Positions 32,208 through 35,889 of a stretch of DNA of 35,889 bases are shown here, in pieces. Position 1 is the first letter of the stretch; every line of letters begins with the position of its first letter. The stretch is from Verrucomicrobiota bacterium (GTDB lineage Bacteria > Verrucomicrobiota > Verrucomicrobiia > Limisphaerales > JAFMIX01): contig JBJOPC010000025.1 in assembly GCA_046050965.1 (NCBI GenBank), positions 1-35,889 of the forward strand, given 5' to 3'. Position numbers and translations under genes: made by a program. Under the pieces are notes generated by a model. The model worked only from the letters and a program-made list of their open reading frames with translations, did not search any database and had not been told where the DNA came from.

Positions 32208-33382
32208 GCGGAGGAATTATTTTTTCGGAGCCAGAGTGAGCTGATGAGCCAAGTGAGCATTCCGCCGACGAGGCCGACGAGAATTCCCAGCGCGAAACTG
32301 CCGACGATCCACTCGGCAAGGCGCGCGGGGATTTCGTGCAGCAGCGTGGTGGCGTTGAACGGCAGCCGCGCGCCGGTGTGCAGCCAGTGGCCGAACAACA
32401 GCCCGGCGGCCATGAACAGCGGCGTGCCGGGCGGTGTGGAAATGTGCGCGGCGGTGAGGACGATGGCTTTGTTCAACCGCAGTTTGTGCGCGAGCGCGGC
32501 GCCGGTGACGATTTGAAAACCCCAGATGGGCGCGATTCCGCAAAACAATCCGAGGCTGACCGCGCTGGAAAGTTTTCCCGGCGTGTCCGCGTGTTCGGCG
32601 AACAGCAGGCGGCAAATCGTTTTCAGTTTTTCACCGAACGAAAGTGCCGCGAGCTGGCCGGTGACGGAAAGTTTCCGCACGAGCGCGGGGACAAAAAAAC
32701 TGACGACAGAGAGGTGCGCGTGGAGGAACGAAATCACCGCGACATCGCGCAGCGGGCGGAAATGCGAGAGGCGCGAGGTGGGCGCGGCGTAATCAGCGGA
32801 GACGGTTTGCGCGCGTAGCGGAATGCCCGCCCACGCGGCTTTGACCATGACTTCGAGTTCGTAGGCGTAGCGTTGCGTGCCGAGGCGCAGCTGACTGATG
32901 GCAGCGAGTGGATAGCAGCGATAGCCGCATTGCGTGTCGGTGAGCGCGACGCCGGTCTCAATCTTGAACCAGAACGTAGAAATATTATTTGTGACGCGAC
33001 GTGAGCGCGGGGCGTTTTCGCGGACGAGGTCGCGGACGCCGATGACGAAGGCGTGTGGCTCGCGGCGGCAGGCGGCGGCGAACAACGGAATTTCCTCTGG
33101 CGCGTGTTGGCCATCGGCGTCGAGCGTGATGGCGTGAGTGAAATTCATTTGCGCGGCGGCGGCAAAACCGGCGCGCAACGCGGCGCCTTTGCCAGAATTT
33201 TTTGCGAGCGTGAGAACGGTGACACTGTTTTCCGCCGCGAGAATTTTCGCGGTGTCGTCGGTGGAGCCATCGTTGACCACGAGGACAGGAAAATATTTTT
33301 GCGCCGCGCGCACGACGCGACCGACGGTGAGCGCGTGGTTGAACACGGGGATAAGGACGCAGATGTTCGGCGCGGCGGGCAT
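32204..33382 (-). CDS. family 2 glycosyltransferase fused to a DUF2062 membrane domain
   Basis: The N-terminal GT-A fold reads VLIPVFNH...VVNDGSTDDT...LDADGQH. The C-terminal TM region has a DUF2062-like stretch (GLFCGIAPIWGFQIVTGAALAHKLRLNK). Confidence 0.8.
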   Translation of the reverse strand: MPAAPNICVLIPVFNHALTVGRVVRAAQKYFPVLVVNDGSTDDTAKILAAENSVTVLTLAKNSGKGAALRAGFAAAAQMNFTHAITLDADGQHAPEEIPLFAAACRREPHAFVIGVRDLVRENAPRSRRVTNNISTFWFKIETGVALTDTQCGYRCYPLAAISQLRLGTQRYAYELEVMVKAAWAGIPLRAQTVSADYAAPTSRLSHFRPLRDVAVISFLHAHLSVVSFFVPALVRKLSVTGQLAALSFGEKLKTICRLLFAEHADTPGKLSSAVSLGLFCGIAPIWGFQIVTGAALAHKLRLNKAIVLTAAHISTPPGTPLFMAAGLLFGHWLHTGARLPFNATTLLHEIPARLAEWIVGSFALGILVGLVGGMLTWLISSLWLRKNNSSA

Positions 33383-33385
33383 GGG

Positions 33386-34750
33386 TCAATCGCGCAGGTC
33401 CACGAAGTAGCGTCGCTTGCGCGCGCCATCGGGGAGCTGCAGTTGCTCAAGCTCGGCGGGCACGGCGACGGTGAGTCGCGGGGTGACTTTGGCCGCGCCT
33501 TGAAAAAGTTCTTTGAGCGCGGAGATGATTTTGGCTTGGTCGCCGGTGCTGGAAAATTTTATTTCCACGTCGTCGGAAAGATTTTCGCCACGACGGGCGA
33601 GGATGGCGTAGCTAGAAATTTCTGGCAAGGAGTCGAGCACGGTTTTGAGCGCGGACGGGAAGACGGTTGTGCCTTTGATTTTTAGCCGCTGGTTTTTGCG
33701 CCCGACAATCGGCCCGACGCGCAAGGTGCGACGACCACACGCGCACGGCGCACGGTGCAACGCAGCAAAATCACCCGTGCGATAGCGGATGACCGGCATC
33801 GCCTCGACGCCGAAAGTCGTGGCGGTGAGTTCGCCGATTTCGCCGTCTGGCACGGCGCGGCCTTGCTCGTCGAGGGCTTCAAGGTGCAGGAGTTCCGGGT
33901 GCAGATGACCGCCGCGCCCGGCCTCGCATTCGCACAGCGACGCGGCAAGTTCGGTGACGCCGTAAGTGGAAAAAACTTTTGCGCCCCAGCTTTTTTCCAC
34001 GGCGAGTCCGGCGCGGTTGAGCGCAAAATTATTTTCGCGCACCGGCTCGCCGATGCAGACGGCTCGGCGAATGCCGCCAGCGGCGAGATTGAAATTTGTT
34101 TCTGCCGCTTTGTCCGCGAGGTGGCCGAGAAACGACGGGACGCTGACGATGGCGGTCGGTTTCAGTCGGCGAATCATGTCGAAGTGCATCGCGGGCGTAG
34201 CGGGGCCGACGCGGATGACGGCGCAGCCGAGTTTTCGCAAGCCGAGCCAATACGCCATGCCCGCCATGAAACAGCGATCCAGCGCGACGGCGAGCAGCAC
34301 GGTGTCGGCGGGCGTGAAGCCAGCGCAGGCGAAGGAAAGTTCCTCGTTGCGCGCGAGGCGGGCGAGGTCGCGTTCGGTGAGTTGCCAGACGAGCGGCGCA
34401 CCGGTGGAACCGCTGGTAGTGACAAGGTCCACAATGCGTTCGCGCGGGACGCAGAGAAATTTTTCTGGGTTCGCCGACACGTCAGCCTTGTCGGTGGTGG
34501 GAATTTTGGCGAGTTGGTCGAAGGAAACATTTTTACCGGGCAAAATTCCCGCGCGCGAAAAATGTTCGCGATAAAACGGCGAGTGCGCGGCGACGTGGGC
34601 AAAAGTTTTCGCCCACGCCGCAGTTTGGAGGGCATGAATCTGCTCGGTTGAAAGCGTGGCTTCGGTCATGGCGCGGAAAAGCTGCGCGCAATTCTCCGCG
34701 AAACATTTTCGGCAACCAAGCAGATTCAGTTGCGAAAAATCCGTGTCCAT
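33386..34750 (-). CDS. phenylacetate-CoA ligase / coenzyme F390 synthetase-like adenylate-forming enzyme
   Basis: The AMP-binding core reads VTTSGSTGAPL and YGVTE. The PaaK-like N-terminus reads ...HSPFYREHFSRAGI. An alternative start at 34669 (MTEATLST...) is plausible. Confidence 0.8.
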   Translation of the reverse strand: MDTDFSQLNLLGCRKCFAENCAQLFRAMTEATLSTEQIHALQTAAWAKTFAHVAAHSPFYREHFSRAGILPGKNVSFDQLAKIPTTDKADVSANPEKFLCVPRERIVDLVTTSGSTGAPLVWQLTERDLARLARNEELSFACAGFTPADTVLLAVALDRCFMAGMAYWLGLRKLGCAVIRVGPATPAMHFDMIRRLKPTAIVSVPSFLGHLADKAAETNFNLAAGGIRRAVCIGEPVRENNFALNRAGLAVEKSWGAKVFSTYGVTELAASLCECEAGRGGHLHPELLHLEALDEQGRAVPDGEIGELTATTFGVEAMPVIRYRTGDFAALHRAPCACGRRTLRVGPIVGRKNQRLKIKGTTVFPSALKTVLDSLPEISSYAILARRGENLSDDVEIKFSSTGDQAKIISALKELFQGAAKVTPRLTVAVPAELEQLQLPDGARKRRYFVDLRD

Positions 34751-34778
34751 CCGAGTCGTCCGTGGTTAAATCTCCGGC

Positions 34779-35021
34779 GTGAAAATTCGTCTCTTCATCA
34801 AACCCTATTGCGGCTGGTGCACCAAAGCCAGCCGCTGGCTCGACGCGCGCGGCGTTAAATACGAGACGCTCGATGTCATCGCCGACGCGGACGCGTTCAC
34901 GGAGATGGAGGAACTTTCCGGGCAGACGCTCGCGCCGGTGCTGGACGTGGACGGGGAAATTCTCGCGGACTTCGGGCCACCGGAGTTGGAAAAGTTTTGG
35001 GCGAAGTTGAGTCAGCCATGA
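34779..35021 (+). CDS. glutaredoxin-like small redox protein (CGWC)
   Basis: 80 aa from a GTG start: MKIRLFIKPYCGWC...PVLDVDGEILADFGP, a Grx/NrdH-like fold pattern. Confidence 0.75.
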   Translation: MKIRLFIKPYCGWCTKASRWLDARGVKYETLDVIADADAFTEMEELSGQTLAPVLDVDGEILADFGPPELEKFWAKLSQP

Positions 35022-35263
35022 AAATCCGTCTCTTCATCAAACCTACCTGTGGCTGGTGTCGGCTCGCGACGGACTGGCTGAACGCGCGCGGCATCCAGTA
35101 TGAATTGATTGACGTGTTCGCCCAGCGCGGCGCGTTGCAGGAGATGGTGAATCTCTCCGGCCAGCAAAAGTCGCCGGTCATCGAAGTGGATGGAAAAGTT
35201 TTGGCGGATTTTGGCCCGGAAGAACTTGAGGCTTTTTGGGAAACGAATTTCAACCACAGATAA
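35018..35263 (+). CDS. glutaredoxin-like small redox protein (CGWC), tandem paralog
   Basis: The ATG at 35018 overlaps the upstream TGA (ATGA). Its 81 aa are about 55-60% identical to the preceding protein. Its last three codons and TAA stop lie inside the downstream repeat's left arm. Confidence 0.75.
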   Translation: MKIRLFIKPTCGWCRLATDWLNARGIQYELIDVFAQRGALQEMVNLSGQQKSPVIEVDGKVLADFGPEELEAFWETNFNHR

Positions 35264-35328
35264 ACACAGATGCACACAGATTCTGAAACCAAATTGGCTT
35301 ATCTGTGTTTATCTGTGTCCATCTGTGG
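35254..35328. repeat. 10-nt-period inverted repeat between the grx-like gene and lipA
   Basis: The left arm is CCACAGATAA ACACAGATGC ACACAGAT (35254-35281) and the loop is 19 nt. The right arm is ATCTGTGTTT ATCTGTGTCC ATCTGTGG (35301-35328). The ATCTGTG/CACAGAT cores pair, while the 3-nt linkers are variable. Confidence 0.85.
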
Positions 35329-35339
35329 TTAATAAAATT

Positions 35340-35889
35340 GTGACGACGACAGAACTTAAACCTCGCCCGCGCTTGCCCGACTGGCTGCGCTTGCCATTGC
35401 CTACCGCGAACACCTTCGCGCGCACACGTTCGCTGCTCGACGAGTTGAAACTGCACACCGTCTGCGAGAGTGCCAAGTGCCCGAACCACTGGGAATGTTG
35501 GAGCAAAGGCACGGCGACCTTCATGATCGCGGGCGACCACTGCACGCGCGCCTGCGGTTTCTGCGCCGTCAGCACCGCCAAGCCGCTCGCGCTCGAATCC
35601 GACGAACCTGCGCGCGTCGCCGAAGCCACACGCCGCATGAAACTCAAGCACGTCGTCATCACCGCCGTGGCGCGTGACGATTTAGCCGACGGTGGCGCGG
35701 AACATTTTCGCCGCACGATTGAAAAAGTCCGTGAGCTGAATCCGGGAATTGTCATCGAAGTGCTCGTGCCGGATTTCAACGAGCGCGATGACGCCATCGA
35801 AATGGTCTTGCAGGCGCACCCGCACATCTTCAACCACAACCTCGAAACCGTCCGCCGCCTCACGCCGAGCGTGCGTCACCGCGCAACCT
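35340..35889 (+). CDS. lipA: lipoyl synthase, N-terminal part (runs off window)
   Basis: This frame is absent from the ORF track because no stop falls in the window. The GTG at 35340 gives VTTTELKPRPRLPDWLRLPLP...CESAKCPNHWECW...TFMIAGDHCTRACGFCAV, which contains both LipA cysteine clusters. Confidence 0.9.
   Translation, partial: MTTTELKPRPRLPDWLRLPLPTANTFARTRSLLDELKLHTVCESAKCPNHWECWSKGTATFMIAGDHCTRACGFCAVSTAKPLALESDEPARVAEATRRMKLKHVVITAVARDDLADGGAEHFRRTIEKVRELNPGIVIEVLVPDFNERDDAIEMVLQAHPHIFNHNLETVRRLTPSVRHRAT

Noticed and set aside
35250-35863. ORFs 35250..35651(-) and 35309..35863(-).
   Set aside because: They are antisense to an unmistakable lipA reading frame carrying both LipA Cys clusters. 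lipA is missing from the ORF track only because it has no stop inside the window.

Overview
This is a high-GC (~60-65%) bacterial chromosomal window. Gene content suggests the PVC superphylum (Verrucomicrobiota-like), but that is inference only. I support about 33 CDS. Most are housekeeping or envelope genes: rpsO-pnp, an M16 peptidase, cysS, trpA, recO, hisH, a BatA/vWA protein, addB, an ECF sigma/anti-sigma pair, a polyprenyl synthase, BamD-like and LptE-like proteins, a histidine kinase, trxA, recN and lipA. I saw no rRNA, tRNA, CRISPR array, transposase or integrase.

Four things stand out.

1. Short-period (mostly 7-nt) tandem and palindromic repeat elements recur across the window. Several sit in frame inside essential or conserved genes (recN, M16 peptidase, cysS, addB). 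This resembles Rickettsia palindromic elements and cyanobacterial heptamer STRR repeats. One of them forms a ~25-bp-stem hairpin inside recN.

2. A perfect 70-bp direct duplication starts exactly at the BatA-like gene's start codon. It brackets a ~396-bp lower-GC cassette that encodes a small 3-TM protein.

3. A tight three-gene operon encodes a PaaK/F390-like adenylating enzyme, a GT2-DUF2062 glycosyltransferase and an MMPL/RND-like exporter fused to a SAM methyltransferase. It looks like an attach-modify-export module for an unknown lipid or aryl conjugate, with no adjacent PKS/FAS genes.

4. There are low-GC patches: a frameshifted secreted-protein gene at 7.5-8.2 kb and the 3' half of trxA.

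All functional calls come from reading motifs in the supplied translations. No database search was run.
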